Assembly (NCBI GenBank): GCA_963765765.1
Contig: CAVXYC010000017.1
Span: forward strand, 32,001 to 96,000
Length of the DNA: 64,000 nt
Direction: 5' to 3'
DNA from: an uncultured Chloroflexia bacterium
GTDB taxonomy: Bacteria; Chloroflexota; UBA6077; JACCZL01
A program made the position numbers and the translations under genes. The notes under the pieces are model-generated. The model worked only from the letters and a program-made list of their open reading frames with translations. It did no database searches and had not been told where the DNA came from. Each line of letters starts with the position of its first letter. Position 1 is the stretch's first letter. This document shows positions 1-9,312 of this stretch, in pieces.

Positions 1-1
1 C

Positions 2-622
2 GACGGGCTCACCGTTTCCAACCCGCGTCCCACAACGGGTGGAACGGACCGAGATGTCAAGGCAGTGAGCTCGGAGGACATTGCGAAGCTGAAAGAGCAG
101 CTCCTGCAGCGTGCTCAAGATCAATTCATGCAGGAGTTCCAGGCCCAGGCCGGGACGGAGCGCTCAGTCCCGCCGCACACGTTGAGACTTCGAGTGGAGA
201 ACGAGATTTACGAGCCTCCACAGGACTCGGAGGGCGAACAAGTGACGGCTCGGCTCATGGTGGCGGCGACGGTCACGTCCTTCTCCAACAGTGAGCTGAA
301 TCGTCTCGCGCAGCAGATGCTCATCGCGGCAGGCCCACCAGGCTACGATCTGCCACTTGATCAGCTTGGACTCGCGCCACCCATAGTGACAGAAGCGTCC
401 GATCAGCATATGCAGCTTCGAATCGTCGGCGAGGGACTGATGGTTCGCAACGTCGATATTTCCGGAGTTGCAAATGCGCTACGTGGAAAATCGCACCGCG
501 ATGCTACTTCTTATCTCGGAAGCTCGGCGGACCTGGCAGGAGCCACGAGTCAGGTGGAGCTCACTCCATCCTGGGCGCCATTGGCGTTTCGGGTTGACGT
601 GGCCCTCGCCCCGCTCAAGTGA
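2..622 (+). CDS. Baseplate J/gp47-like protein, C-terminal part (truncated by window start)
   Basis: Frame is open from base 2 (DGLTVSNPRPTTGGTDRDVKAVSSED). The VxNxxPTTGGxD segment resembles baseplate-J-like proteins. The stop overlaps the ruvX start (GTGA). Confidence 0.55.
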   Translation, partial: DGLTVSNPRPTTGGTDRDVKAVSSEDIAKLKEQLLQRAQDQFMQEFQAQAGTERSVPPHTLRLRVENEIYEPPQDSEGEQVTARLMVAATVTSFSNSELNRLAQQMLIAAGPPGYDLPLDQLGLAPPIVTEASDQHMQLRIVGEGLMVRNVDISGVANALRGKSHRDATSYLGSSADLAGATSQVELTPSWAPLAFRVDVALAPLK

Positions 623-1035
623 GCCTAGGTCCTGGACGTTTGCTCGGAGTTGACCCGGGGACGCGACGGATCGGAATTGCGATGAGCGATGAGCTCGGAA
701 TGATTGCGACACCCGTGGAAGTCATTCAACGACGTTCGCTCGAACGAGATCTGGAGCGTATTCGAACAATCGCACGCGAACGGGGTGCCGACCGAGTCAT
801 CGTTGGTTGGCCGATCTCGCTTGATGGTCACGCCGGGCCCGCGGCCGTGCTCGCCGAAAAATTCGCTGCCCAAATATCCGAATCGCTGGAGTGCCCCGTA
901 GAGCTATGGGACGAACGACTCAGCACCGTCGAAGCCAGGCAATACCAATCGCGCCGAGACCGAAGGCGAGGAGCTCCGATAGACGCACACGCGGCCGCGG
1001 TGATGCTCCAGCATTACCTCGACGCACACCGATGA
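619..1035 (+). CDS. ruvX: Holliday junction resolvase-like / pre-16S rRNA nuclease RuvX (YqgF)
   Basis: LLGVDPGTRRIGIAMSD, VGWP, WDERLSTVEA and DAHAAAVMLQ motifs. Confidence 0.95.
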   Translation: MSLGPGRLLGVDPGTRRIGIAMSDELGMIATPVEVIQRRSLERDLERIRTIARERGADRVIVGWPISLDGHAGPAAVLAEKFAAQISESLECPVELWDERLSTVEARQYQSRRDRRRGAPIDAHAAAVMLQHYLDAHR

Positions 1036-2093
1036 TTCGCGGACTCCTTGTTCTGTTTGGTCTAGCGTTGTGTGCCGCGGCCGGCTTCGGCGTCTATAGC
1101 GTCTTGGACGAGGGAGTACTGCGCATCCGCCCGAATGTGGACGTGGTTGATCGTCCCGTGAGTGACGATCGTAGCACGGTCATATTTGAGGTGCGGCCCG
1201 GACAGTCCGCGCTATCCATTGGCGAGGATCTGCAGGGTCGTGGACTGATTCGATCTGCCCTGACCTTTCGGCTCATGGTCGAGTCTCGCGGTGTAGGCGA
1301 TCGGCTGGCCGCCGGCGAATACGAGCTGAGCCCGAGCCTGTCCACCGGAGAGATCCTGGACAGGCTGACCCGGGGCGAAATTCGCCGGGGCTCCATGTTT
1401 TCTGTCCCCGAAGGTTGGCGAGCCCGGGAGATAGCCCAGCAGCTTAATGGCCAGCAGGGGCTTTCCGGAGTCACCTTCATGGAGCTTGCTCAGGCAAGCC
1501 CGCCGCTCATGAGCCAGGCGCCACCGGGTGCCACGCTGGAGGGATATCTCTTTCCGGATTCCTACGAGATCGGCTCAAGAACAACTGAGCGCGAGCTGGT
1601 GAAATCAATGCTGGAACAGCTCGAACGTCGGTTCGATGTGGGCTTGCGGACCAAAGGATCGGCGCGCGGGCTCACTCCCCATCAGGTGCTCACTCTCGCC
1701 TCAATCATTGAGCGCGAGGCGGCCAACCCCGCGGAGCGACCGCTGATCTCGGCCGTGTACCATAATCGACTCTCGGTCGGGATGAGACTGCAGGCCGATC
1801 CCACGGTGCAATACGCCGTGGCACCTATCGATCCGACCAATGTCATTGGCGGTGTCTGGAAACGAGATCTCTCGATGGATGATCTCCAGAGTCCCTCCCC
1901 CTTCAACACCTACCGAGAGGTGGGGCTGCCCCCAGGGCCTATCTGCAACCCTGGCATCGATTCGATCCGCGCGGCGGTGGAGCCGGCTCCGGTGGATTTC
2001 ATGTACTTCGTGGCGAAGGGTGATGGCCTGCATGCATTTGCCCGAACCGAGCCCGAACATCGGGCGAACGTGGCGCTGTATCGGCAGCCATAG
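1032..2093 (+). CDS. mltG: Endolytic transglycosylase MltG
   Basis: N-terminal TM helix; LEGYLFPDSY, LASIIERE, LQADPTVQY, SPFNTY, GLPPGPICNPG. ATG at 1032 overlaps the ruvX stop (ATGA). Confidence 0.95.
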   Translation: MIRGLLVLFGLALCAAAGFGVYSVLDEGVLRIRPNVDVVDRPVSDDRSTVIFEVRPGQSALSIGEDLQGRGLIRSALTFRLMVESRGVGDRLAAGEYELSPSLSTGEILDRLTRGEIRRGSMFSVPEGWRAREIAQQLNGQQGLSGVTFMELAQASPPLMSQAPPGATLEGYLFPDSYEIGSRTTERELVKSMLEQLERRFDVGLRTKGSARGLTPHQVLTLASIIEREAANPAERPLISAVYHNRLSVGMRLQADPTVQYAVAPIDPTNVIGGVWKRDLSMDDLQSPSPFNTYREVGLPPGPICNPGIDSIRAAVEPAPVDFMYFVAKGDGLHAFARTEPEHRANVALYRQP

Positions 2094-2132
2094 TACTCGG
2101 AGCGCAATAGCCGTCTGACGGCCTCCTTCGGC

Positions 2133-2141
2133 TGCTATAAT
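2133..2141 (+). promoter_or_regulatory. Extended -10 promoter (TGcTATAAT) of the rpsB-tsf operon
   Basis: TGCTATAAT about 120 nt upstream of rpsB. Confidence 0.6.
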
Positions 2142-2168
2142 CGTCAGTCGTCAGTATCCCCCATCAAG

Positions 2169-2236
2169 CACGCGGACCGGATCAGTTGGATCGTGCCCAG
2201 TTTTGGGTCTCTTTCTGAGTTGATGGCCGCGGGTGT
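2169..2236 (+). promoter_or_regulatory. Structured rpsB 5' leader (putative S2 autoregulatory element)
   Basis: CACGCGG pairs with CCGCGGGTG, enclosing ATCAGTT/AGTTGAT and CCCAG/TTGGG stems. It lies between the promoter and the AAGGAG SD. Confidence 0.5.
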
Positions 2237-2258
2237 ATGAAACGAAGGAGTAGAAACT

Positions 2259-3267
2259 GTGTCAACCGCGATTCAAATGAAGACGCTGCTCGAAGCTGGC
2301 GTCCACTTTGGGCATCAAACGCGTCGATGGAATCCCAAGATGCGACCGTTCATCTTTACGGAGCGCAACGGGATCCACATTCTCGATCTACAGCAGACGG
2401 TCAAACGGCTTGAGGAAGCGCTCGATTACGTGCGCGATCGCTCGGCTAACAATGCCACGGTGCTGTTCGTAGGGACGAAGAAGCAGGCCCAGGAGACTAT
2501 CGAGGAAGAGGCCAAGAGGGCTGGCATGCCCTACATCAACCAGCGCTGGCTGGGTGGCTTTTTGACCAACTTCCAGACCATTCTCGGTCGAATCCGAAGA
2601 ATGGAGGAGCTGGAGCAGCAAAAGGCGACTGGCGTCTTCGATCGCTTGATCAAGAAGGAAGCGATCAAGATCGACGATGAGCTGACTCGACTGCAGCGGT
2701 TCTTCGGCGGTGTCCGCGGCATGTACCGACTTCCCGGACATGCTGTTCATCATTGACCCGCATCGGGAAGAAATCGCGGTGGCCGAGGCACGGCGACTCG
2801 AGATTCCAATCGTCTCGTTGGTGGACACCAACTGCAATCCTGAGCTCATCGATTACCCGATTCCATCCAATGACGACGCGATTCGAGCCATTCGTCTCCT
2901 GGCAGCAAAAATTGCCGATTCGATCATCGAGGGGCGAGAGCAGAACGAGGCGGCTGATGCCAGTCTCCAGGCAGATGGCGACGAAGAAGATGATGACGGG
3001 CAGCGCGAAGCGGTTGTTGTGCGACTCGAAGAGTTCGGTATTGCAGACGAGGCCACGGCTGATGCACCGGTAGCGGTGGCTGCCCCGGCCGTTACAACTG
3101 AGCCCGAAGCGGCACCCGCACAAGATGAGCCGGTGGCAGATGCAACCGCAGCCGCGGAGCCAGAGGCGGCGGAAGCTTCTACCGCGACGATTGATGAGCC
3201 GCTAGAGAGCACGCCCGTAGCGGCAACAACTGAAACTGAAACCAAGAACACGAAGGCGGAGGACTGA
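2259..3267 (+). CDS. rpsB: 30S ribosomal protein S2 (one +1 indel near 2737; long acidic Ala/Glu-rich tail)
   Basis: [19 protein letters not shown] in ORF 2259-2756 continues as DMLFIIDP...VDTNCNP...NDDAIRAI in ORF 2710-3267. Removing one G from CTTCCCGGACATG restores YRLPDML. Confidence 0.95.
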
Positions 3268-3269
3268 AC

Positions 3270-3776
3270 GTGGTAGCGGTTACCACCGAGTCAATTCGAG
3301 CGTTACGATCCGAGACCGATGCCCCGGTCATGGACTGCAAGCGTGCGCTCGAAGAGGCACAAGGCAATCCGGAGCAAGCAAAACTGCTACTTCGGGAGTG
3401 GGGCGCAAGTGCGCTGGCCAAGAAATCCGATCGACAAGCGTCCGAGGGCGTGATCGAAGTCTACATTCATCACAACGCTCGGGTTGGCGTACTCGTCGAG
3501 TTGAATTGCGAGACGGACTTCGTTGCCCGAAACGACGAGTTTCGGCAGTTTGCCAAACTGTTGGCGAAACAGATTGCGGGAATGAATCCAACGCGTGTCG
3601 GTAACGAGCCGGATGCCCCGGCAAACGATCCCGACGATCGCCCACTACTAAGCATGGACTCCATCGTTCCTGAGTTTCAGGGACGAACGATCGAGGACAT
3701 CTTTAATGAGCTCGTGCTCAAGCTCCGTGAGAACATCGTCGTCCGACGATTCGTTCGCTACGAGCTTGGAGCGTAA
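3270..3776 (+). CDS. tsf: Elongation factor Ts (short form)
   Basis: LRSETDAPVMDCKRAL, VELNCETDFVARN, ENIVVRRFVRYELG. Confidence 0.96.
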   Translation: MVAVTTESIRALRSETDAPVMDCKRALEEAQGNPEQAKLLLREWGASALAKKSDRQASEGVIEVYIHHNARVGVLVELNCETDFVARNDEFRQFAKLLAKQIAGMNPTRVGNEPDAPANDPDDRPLLSMDSIVPEFQGRTIEDIFNELVLKLRENIVVRRFVRYELGA

Positions 3777-3782
3777 CGTTCA

Positions 3783-4532
3783 ATGACGCTTGAGGCGATT
3801 CCCACGGCGCGGAAGCGAGACGACCTCCGTTACCGTCGGATCGTACTCAAGCTCAGTGGACAATCGCTCGAGGGCAACCAGGGCTACGGAATCGATCCCA
3901 TAACGGTCGATTACCTGGCTGATCAGGTGCAGCGTGTGCATAACCTCGGCGTGGAGACCACCCTCGTAATTGGTGGGGGAAACATCTGGCGTGGCGAACC
4001 GGCCAGCACGCGCGGCATGGAACGAGCGACCGCCGACTACATGGGCATGCTGGCGACGGTCATCAACGCCCTGGCGTTGCAAGCTGCTATGGAGCGGATT
4101 GGCTTGCACACGCGAGTGCAGAGCGCAATCACCATGGTGGAGGTGGCCGAGCCGTACATTCGCCGCCGCGCCGTTCGGCACCTCGAGAAGGGTCGAGTTG
4201 TGATCTTTGCAGCCGGCACGGGCAATCCGTACTTCACCACTGACACCGCCGCGGCCCTCCGAGCGTTAGAGACCGAGGCGGACGTGCTTCTGATGGCCAA
4301 AAACGGTGTGGACGGGGTCTACGACGCGGATCCGTTCAAGGTGCCCACTGCCACAAAGTATTCGTCGCTCAAGTACATGGAGGCGATAGAGCGTGGGCTG
4401 AAAGTCATGGACACAACCGCGCTGTCGCTGTGCATGGACAATAAGCTTGCACTCATCGTGTTCGATATCAATCAGGTAGACAATCTCGAGCGTCTCGTCC
4501 TGGGTGACGATGTCGGCACGAGCATCACCTGA
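3783..4532 (+). CDS. pyrH: UMP kinase
   Basis: [39 protein letters not shown]. Confidence 0.97.
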   Translation: MTLEAIPTARKRDDLRYRRIVLKLSGQSLEGNQGYGIDPITVDYLADQVQRVHNLGVETTLVIGGGNIWRGEPASTRGMERATADYMGMLATVINALALQAAMERIGLHTRVQSAITMVEVAEPYIRRRAVRHLEKGRVVIFAAGTGNPYFTTDTAAALRALETEADVLLMAKNGVDGVYDADPFKVPTATKYSSLKYMEAIERGLKVMDTTALSLCMDNKLALIVFDINQVDNLERLVLGDDVGTSIT

Positions 4533-4572
4533 CTCTAGACCCACATCAGTTCCGACGGGGAGACCATAAGCC

Positions 4573-5130
4573 ATGATCGAGGAGACGTACGCTTCCGCGG
4601 AGCATCGGATGAAACGAGCGGTGGAGTTCTTTGAGGAGGAGCTCGCGTCGGTGCGCGCCGGCCGTGCCAGCCCTTCGTTGCTCGATAAGGTACTGGTCGA
4701 CTACTTCGGTAACCCCACGCCAGTGAACGGGCTGGCGACGGTTAACGTGCCTGAGCCACGAATGATCGTGATTCAGCCGTGGGACAAAAGCACTATCTCT
4801 GCCATCGAAAAGGCTATTCAGAAGTCGGACCTCGGGCTCAATCCATCCAGCGACGGGACGGTGATTCGCCTGGTGCTGCCGCAGCTCAATGAGGAGCGGC
4901 GCAAAGAGCTCGTTAAGACCGTCCACAAACGTGCTGAAGACGCCAAAGTGGCGATTCGAAATTGCCGTCGCGACGCTACGGATGAGCTAAAGAAGCTGGA
5001 GAAGAATCACCAAATCGGTGAGGACGATCAGCGGCGCGGAGCGGAACGCCTGCAGAAGCTCACTGACAGCTCGATCGCGAAGGTAGATGAAATCGCTCAG
5101 CGTAAGGAGCGCGAGGTGCTCGAGGTCTAA
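4573..5130 (+). CDS. frr: Ribosome recycling factor
   Basis: [39 protein letters not shown]. Confidence 0.97.
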   Translation: MIEETYASAEHRMKRAVEFFEEELASVRAGRASPSLLDKVLVDYFGNPTPVNGLATVNVPEPRMIVIQPWDKSTISAIEKAIQKSDLGLNPSSDGTVIRLVLPQLNEERRKELVKTVHKRAEDAKVAIRNCRRDATDELKKLEKNHQIGEDDQRRGAERLQKLTDSSIAKVDEIAQRKEREVLEV

Positions 5131-5861
5131 TGACGACTTCGCCTCGAGTCGCGGCCGTGGATGATGCTTCGCTTCCGGTTGTCCCAGCTCACGTCGCCAT
5201 CATCATGGATGGGAACGGGAGATGGGCGCAGCAGCGTGGCCTTCCGAGACTCGCGGGTCACCGTGCGGGGACCGAGAATATCCGCCGCATCATTCAGAGC
5301 TGTGTCGATTACGGCGTGCAAGTGTTGACGCTCTACGCGTTCTCCACTGAGAACTGGCGTCGGCCTGATTCTGAGGTTCGTGGGCTCATGACGATCCTGG
5401 CCGAGGTGATCGATCGTGAGACTCGAGATTTACATAGAAATGGCGTCAGGCTACGCCACATAGGTGAGCTTGCCGCGCTGCCTACATCGCTGAGCGAGCG
5501 GGTGGAGCGCGCGGTCCATCTCACACGGGAAAACTCGCGCTTGACGCTCAATGTGGCGTTCAATTACGGTGGGCGCTCGGAGATCGTTCGGGCGCTCCAG
5601 CGTATTATTGAATCTGGTGTTGCAACGAGCGACGTGACTGAAGAGCTCATCGGAGACCATCTCGACACCGCCGGGCTTCCCGATCCCGATCTGATCATTC
5701 GCACGGCTGGCGAGATGCGGTTGAGCAACTTTCTTCTGTGGCAGGCGGCGTATGCTGAATACTGGTCCACACCGATATTCTGGCCGGAGTTCGGCCGAGA
5801 TGACCTGTATCAGGCGCTATGTGACTACGCCGCTCGTCAGCGACGATTCGGTAGTCTCTAA
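5130..5861 (+). CDS. uppS: Undecaprenyl diphosphate synthase
   Basis: HVAIIMDGNGRWA, YAFSTENWRRP, NYGGRSEI, RTAGEMRLSNFLLWQ. Confidence 0.97.
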   Translation: MTTSPRVAAVDDASLPVVPAHVAIIMDGNGRWAQQRGLPRLAGHRAGTENIRRIIQSCVDYGVQVLTLYAFSTENWRRPDSEVRGLMTILAEVIDRETRDLHRNGVRLRHIGELAALPTSLSERVERAVHLTRENSRLTLNVAFNYGGRSEIVRALQRIIESGVATSDVTEELIGDHLDTAGLPDPDLIIRTAGEMRLSNFLLWQAAYAEYWSTPIFWPEFGRDDLYQALCDYAARQRRFGSL

Positions 5862-5905
5862 CAAGCACCCTCACTCCGCGGTCGCGGCGACGCGGGAGTA
5901 GATCC

Positions 5906-6706
5906 GTGTTCGCCCTCCGAGTCGTGAGCGGCGCCATCCTCATCCCAATCCTCGTCGGGCTCGTATTCCTGGGTGAGCCATGGTATACGCTGGCTGTCAT
6001 GGTGGCCGTGGCGTTGGGGCTTCTGGAAGTCGCGTCACTCCTTCGCTCAGCCAGTCACCGGCCGATTGTGCCCATCATGGTGGCACTGGGACTCTTCTTC
6101 CCGCTTGACGCATCAGGGGCGTTTGGGGAGCTGGTGTCCGGTGCATTAGCGTGCGGAGCGGCCATTGCGCTCGTCATCCTCATGATGCGGCCCACATACG
6201 ATGGCGCCCTTCTGGACTGGGCGCTCACGCTCGCGCCACCGCTGTATATCGGTGGGTTGCTACAGTACTTTATCCCGCTTCGCGCTAGCCCTGATGGCGT
6301 CTACTGGCCACTCTGCGTGCTGGGATTTAGCTGGACGTGCGATACCGCCGCGTACGCCGTGGGTCGGATCGCCGGACGAACGAAGCTTGCGCCCCGACTC
6401 AGCCCCACCAAGACCCGCGAGGGCGCCATCGCGGGCATCGTGCTCACAATCGTAGTTGCAGTCATGGTCGCGGCCGTGACTGGCCGATCGATGCTACACG
6501 TTGGGGGTTTCGGCGCGATTGTTGCGCTGGCGACCGTCCTGGGTGATCTCATGGAATCATTCCTGAAGCGTCAGTGTGGTGCTAAGGATTCCGGGATCCT
6601 CATTCCTGGCCATGGAGGCATCCTGGATCGTATGGACAGCTTGCTCCTGTCAGCCGCTGCCGCCTATGGTTACCAGGTGCTCACCGCTTGGGGCCTCCAT
6701 GGTTAG
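5906..6706 (+). CDS. cdsA: Phosphatidate cytidylyltransferase
   Basis: Hydrophobic; DTAAYAVG, SPTKTREG, KDSGILIPGHGGILDRMDS. Confidence 0.95.
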   Translation: MFALRVVSGAILIPILVGLVFLGEPWYTLAVMVAVALGLLEVASLLRSASHRPIVPIMVALGLFFPLDASGAFGELVSGALACGAAIALVILMMRPTYDGALLDWALTLAPPLYIGGLLQYFIPLRASPDGVYWPLCVLGFSWTCDTAAYAVGRIAGRTKLAPRLSPTKTREGAIAGIVLTIVVAVMVAAVTGRSMLHVGGFGAIVALATVLGDLMESFLKRQCGAKDSGILIPGHGGILDRMDSLLLSAAAAYGYQVLTAWGLHG

Positions 6707-7850
6707 CGACCCACGACGCGTGGCCATTCTGGGCAGCACCGGCTCCATCGGCCGCCAAGCCCTGGACGTTGTTCGCGATTACCCCGATCGGTTTCAAGTC
6801 GTAGCACTTTGCGCCGGGAGCGATTCCGAGACGCTGCGTCAGCAAGTCGAAGAGTTCCAGCCTTCGCTGGTGGCTGTCTCGAAGCTCCACGATGCGACCT
6901 GGTCAGCTACCGGCCATGTGCTTTCTGGACCAACAGCGCTGAATGACGTCGCGGCCGACGCGGATGCAGACATCGTGTTGGTTGCGACGGTCGGGAGCGT
7001 TGGACTAAATCCGACTCTGACGGCCCTTCATCGTGGCCTGCCAGTGATCGTTGCTAACAAGGAAGCACTCGTCATGGCCGGGGAGCTGGTGATGGGAGCC
7101 GCTCGGAAGGGTTGCGCGGCCGTGGTTCCGGTGGACAGCGAGCACAATGCCGTCTGGCAGTGCCTCATGGGTGAGGAGCCGAGTGCAATCGATCGGGTTA
7201 CGATCACCGCCTCCGGAGGTGCCTTCCGCGACTGGCCCGTTGAGTCGCTGCGTAACGTCACGCCGGCGGACGCGCTCAAGCATCCAACGTGGGTTATGGG
7301 CCCGAAGATCACAGTTGATTCCGCCACGCTCATGAACAAGGGCCTCGAAGTCCTGGAGGCGTCCTGGCTGTTCGATCTTCCTCTCGGGAAGATCGATTTC
7401 GTTATGCATCGAGAGAGCATCATTCATTGCCTGGTGACACTCGTGGATGGGTCGGTGAAAGCGCAGCTTGCAGTCCCAGACATGCACATACCGATTCAAT
7501 ATGCGCTTTCCTATCCTGATCGATTGCCGAGTAGAGCGGATGCACTGGACCTGGTGAAGCTCGGCAAGCTCAGCTTTGAGTCGGTGGATCGCGACAGATT
7601 CCGATGCGCCTTTCTGGCACTTGAAGCAGGCGCTCGCGGCCGTACGTATCCAGCAGTACTCTGCGGGTCAAATGAAGTGGCCGTGAATGAGTTTCTGAAC
7701 GGACGCATCGGGTTTACGGAGATCGCTGATCTGGTGGAAGCAGCACTGGACGCACACAATGCTCCAGCATCGATTGATGTTGAATCGGTCTGGGAGGCGG
7801 ATCGTTGGGCGAGAGACTACGTGCAAGCTCGGCAGGTTGCCCGGCGTTAA
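6699..7850 (+). CDS. dxr: 1-deoxy-D-xylulose-5-phosphate reductoisomerase
   Basis: ILGSTGSIG, ANKEALV, PVDSEH, HPTWVMGPKITVDSATLMNKGLE. Start placed at ATG 6699. Confidence 0.97.
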   Translation: MVSDPRRVAILGSTGSIGRQALDVVRDYPDRFQVVALCAGSDSETLRQQVEEFQPSLVAVSKLHDATWSATGHVLSGPTALNDVAADADADIVLVATVGSVGLNPTLTALHRGLPVIVANKEALVMAGELVMGAARKGCAAVVPVDSEHNAVWQCLMGEEPSAIDRVTITASGGAFRDWPVESLRNVTPADALKHPTWVMGPKITVDSATLMNKGLEVLEASWLFDLPLGKIDFVMHRESIIHCLVTLVDGSVKAQLAVPDMHIPIQYALSYPDRLPSRADALDLVKLGKLSFESVDRDRFRCAFLALEAGARGRTYPAVLCGSNEVAVNEFLNGRIGFTEIADLVEAALDAHNAPASIDVESVWEADRWARDYVQARQVARR

Positions 7851-7890
7851 TGCCGAAGGCCGCCGGGACGCTGTGTTAACATGAGCCAAT

Positions 7891-7931
7891 AGCCCCAGGC
7901 GCGCGAGGCGACGCTGGGGCTCCTGTTTTTC
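7891..7931 (+). terminator. Terminator-like hairpin between dxr and rseP
   Basis: AGCCCCAG...CTGGGGCT stem followed shortly by a T run. Confidence 0.4.
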
Positions 7932-7943
7932 GAAGGGCCCGGA

Positions 7944-9017
7944 ATGTCACTCGAGTGGCTTGCCATCATTCCAATTCTCAGCCTGCTCATGCTGGTGCAT
8001 GAGTGGGGGCACTTTGTTACCGCTCGCCGGGCCGGAATTACGGTTCAGGAATTCGGTTTTGGGCTTCCACCGCGACTCATTGGGATCGAACGTGGCGGAG
8101 TCATCTACTCCCTCAATGCGATCCCCTTCGGGGCATTCGTTAAGATGCTCGGCGAGGAAGACCCGACACAGCCCGGTTCCTTTGCCCGACAATCCAAACG
8201 CGTGCGCGCCATCGTCTTGGCCGCGGGCAGTGGTATGAATTTCATCACCGCGGGTGTGGTGTTCGCCATCGCATACATGTCTGGTTGGCCTACGCCCGTA
8301 GAGAACGAGGTCGAGATCGGTCAGGTCGTCAGCGGTACACCTGCCGAACAGGCCGGGATCCGCCCGGGCGATCAGGTACTCGCAATCAACGGCGAGGCAA
8401 TTACGCGCGTTGATGATTTCCGCGCTCGTACGCAGCAGAATCTCGGTCAGCCCATGCGAGTGGAGCTGCAGCGGGATGGGCAGCAGGTGACTGTCACGAT
8501 GACGCCCCGCGAGAATCCGCCCGAAGGACAGGGCGCGGTCGGTGTGGCACTGCGCGCCCCCGTGCGTTCGACGAACCATGGATTCCTCGAGTCCATTGGC
8601 TTAGGTTTTATGCGAGCGATTCAGATTGTCCGATTCACACTCGAGGCGCCCGTGATGGCGATTCAAGGCGTCATCTCACCAGACATGCTTCGGCCAATTG
8701 GTCTTCCGGGCATGGCTCAAGTCGCTGCCCAGGCCGTCGACTATGCCACCGATACGGGCGCCTGGTTCCCGATTTTGACGGTGACTGGCACCTTCAGCGC
8801 CGGGCTTGCTGTGGCGAACATGTTGCCGTTGCCGGCTCTCGATGGTGGGCGGCTGTTGTTCATTGCAATCGAAGCTGTCCGAGGTCGGCGAGTAAGTCCA
8901 GAGCGTGAGGGTATGTTTCATTTCGTGGGCATTGTGCTGCTCATCACATTGATGGTGTTGATATCTATCAATGATGTGGTCGCTCCGCTGCCCGTGATCG
9001 ACTGGGGCGGGCGCTAG
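7944..9017 (+). CDS. rseP: RIP/M50 metalloprotease RseP with PDZ domain
   Basis: HEWGH, FGFGLPP, PDZ segment GTPAEQAGIRPGD, NMLPLPALDGGR. Confidence 0.95.
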   Translation: MSLEWLAIIPILSLLMLVHEWGHFVTARRAGITVQEFGFGLPPRLIGIERGGVIYSLNAIPFGAFVKMLGEEDPTQPGSFARQSKRVRAIVLAAGSGMNFITAGVVFAIAYMSGWPTPVENEVEIGQVVSGTPAEQAGIRPGDQVLAINGEAITRVDDFRARTQQNLGQPMRVELQRDGQQVTVTMTPRENPPEGQGAVGVALRAPVRSTNHGFLESIGLGFMRAIQIVRFTLEAPVMAIQGVISPDMLRPIGLPGMAQVAAQAVDYATDTGAWFPILTVTGTFSAGLAVANMLPLPALDGGRLLFIAIEAVRGRRVSPEREGMFHFVGIVLLITLMVLISINDVVAPLPVIDWGGR

Positions 9018-9169
9018 AAGCGCACGCCCTGGCCCTGTTGTGAGCGCTCGAGCTCCGAGCTCCATCGTTTCTGACAGCTCTTCGAAAATAAGCCCTGATC
9101 CGCGCCCTAGTAGTCTCGAGGATCTCGAATTCTCGAATGGAATCGCATTTCAATGGCATCGAATGATCG

Positions 9170-9198
9170 TTGTTTGCCCATCTTTTGGGTGCTATAAT
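9170..9198 (+). promoter_or_regulatory. Sigma70-type promoter of the nusA operon
   Basis: TTGTTT-N17-TATAAT with an extended TG. Confidence 0.65.
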
Positions 9199-9221
9199 TC
9201 GCCAGAACTTAACCAGTCCAG

Positions 9222-9246
9222 GAAGTGGGCTCGCCCCACTTCTTTT
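9222..9246 (+). terminator. rimP/nusA-leader attenuator hairpin
   Basis: GAAGTGGG-CTCGC-CCCACTTC-TTTT between the promoter and nusA, resembling the widespread rimP-leader terminator. Confidence 0.7.
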
Positions 9247-9312
9247 GTTGTGTGGAGTAATTTCGTTAGTCGCTCTGGGAGCGACTGCCACTCCGGAGGC
9301 CGCTGAGTCGCC

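Noticed and set aside
2725-2745. Programmed +1 frameshift in rpsB at CTT-CCC-GG
   Set aside because: No stimulatory stop codon or internal SD; it matches the single-base errors seen throughout the window.
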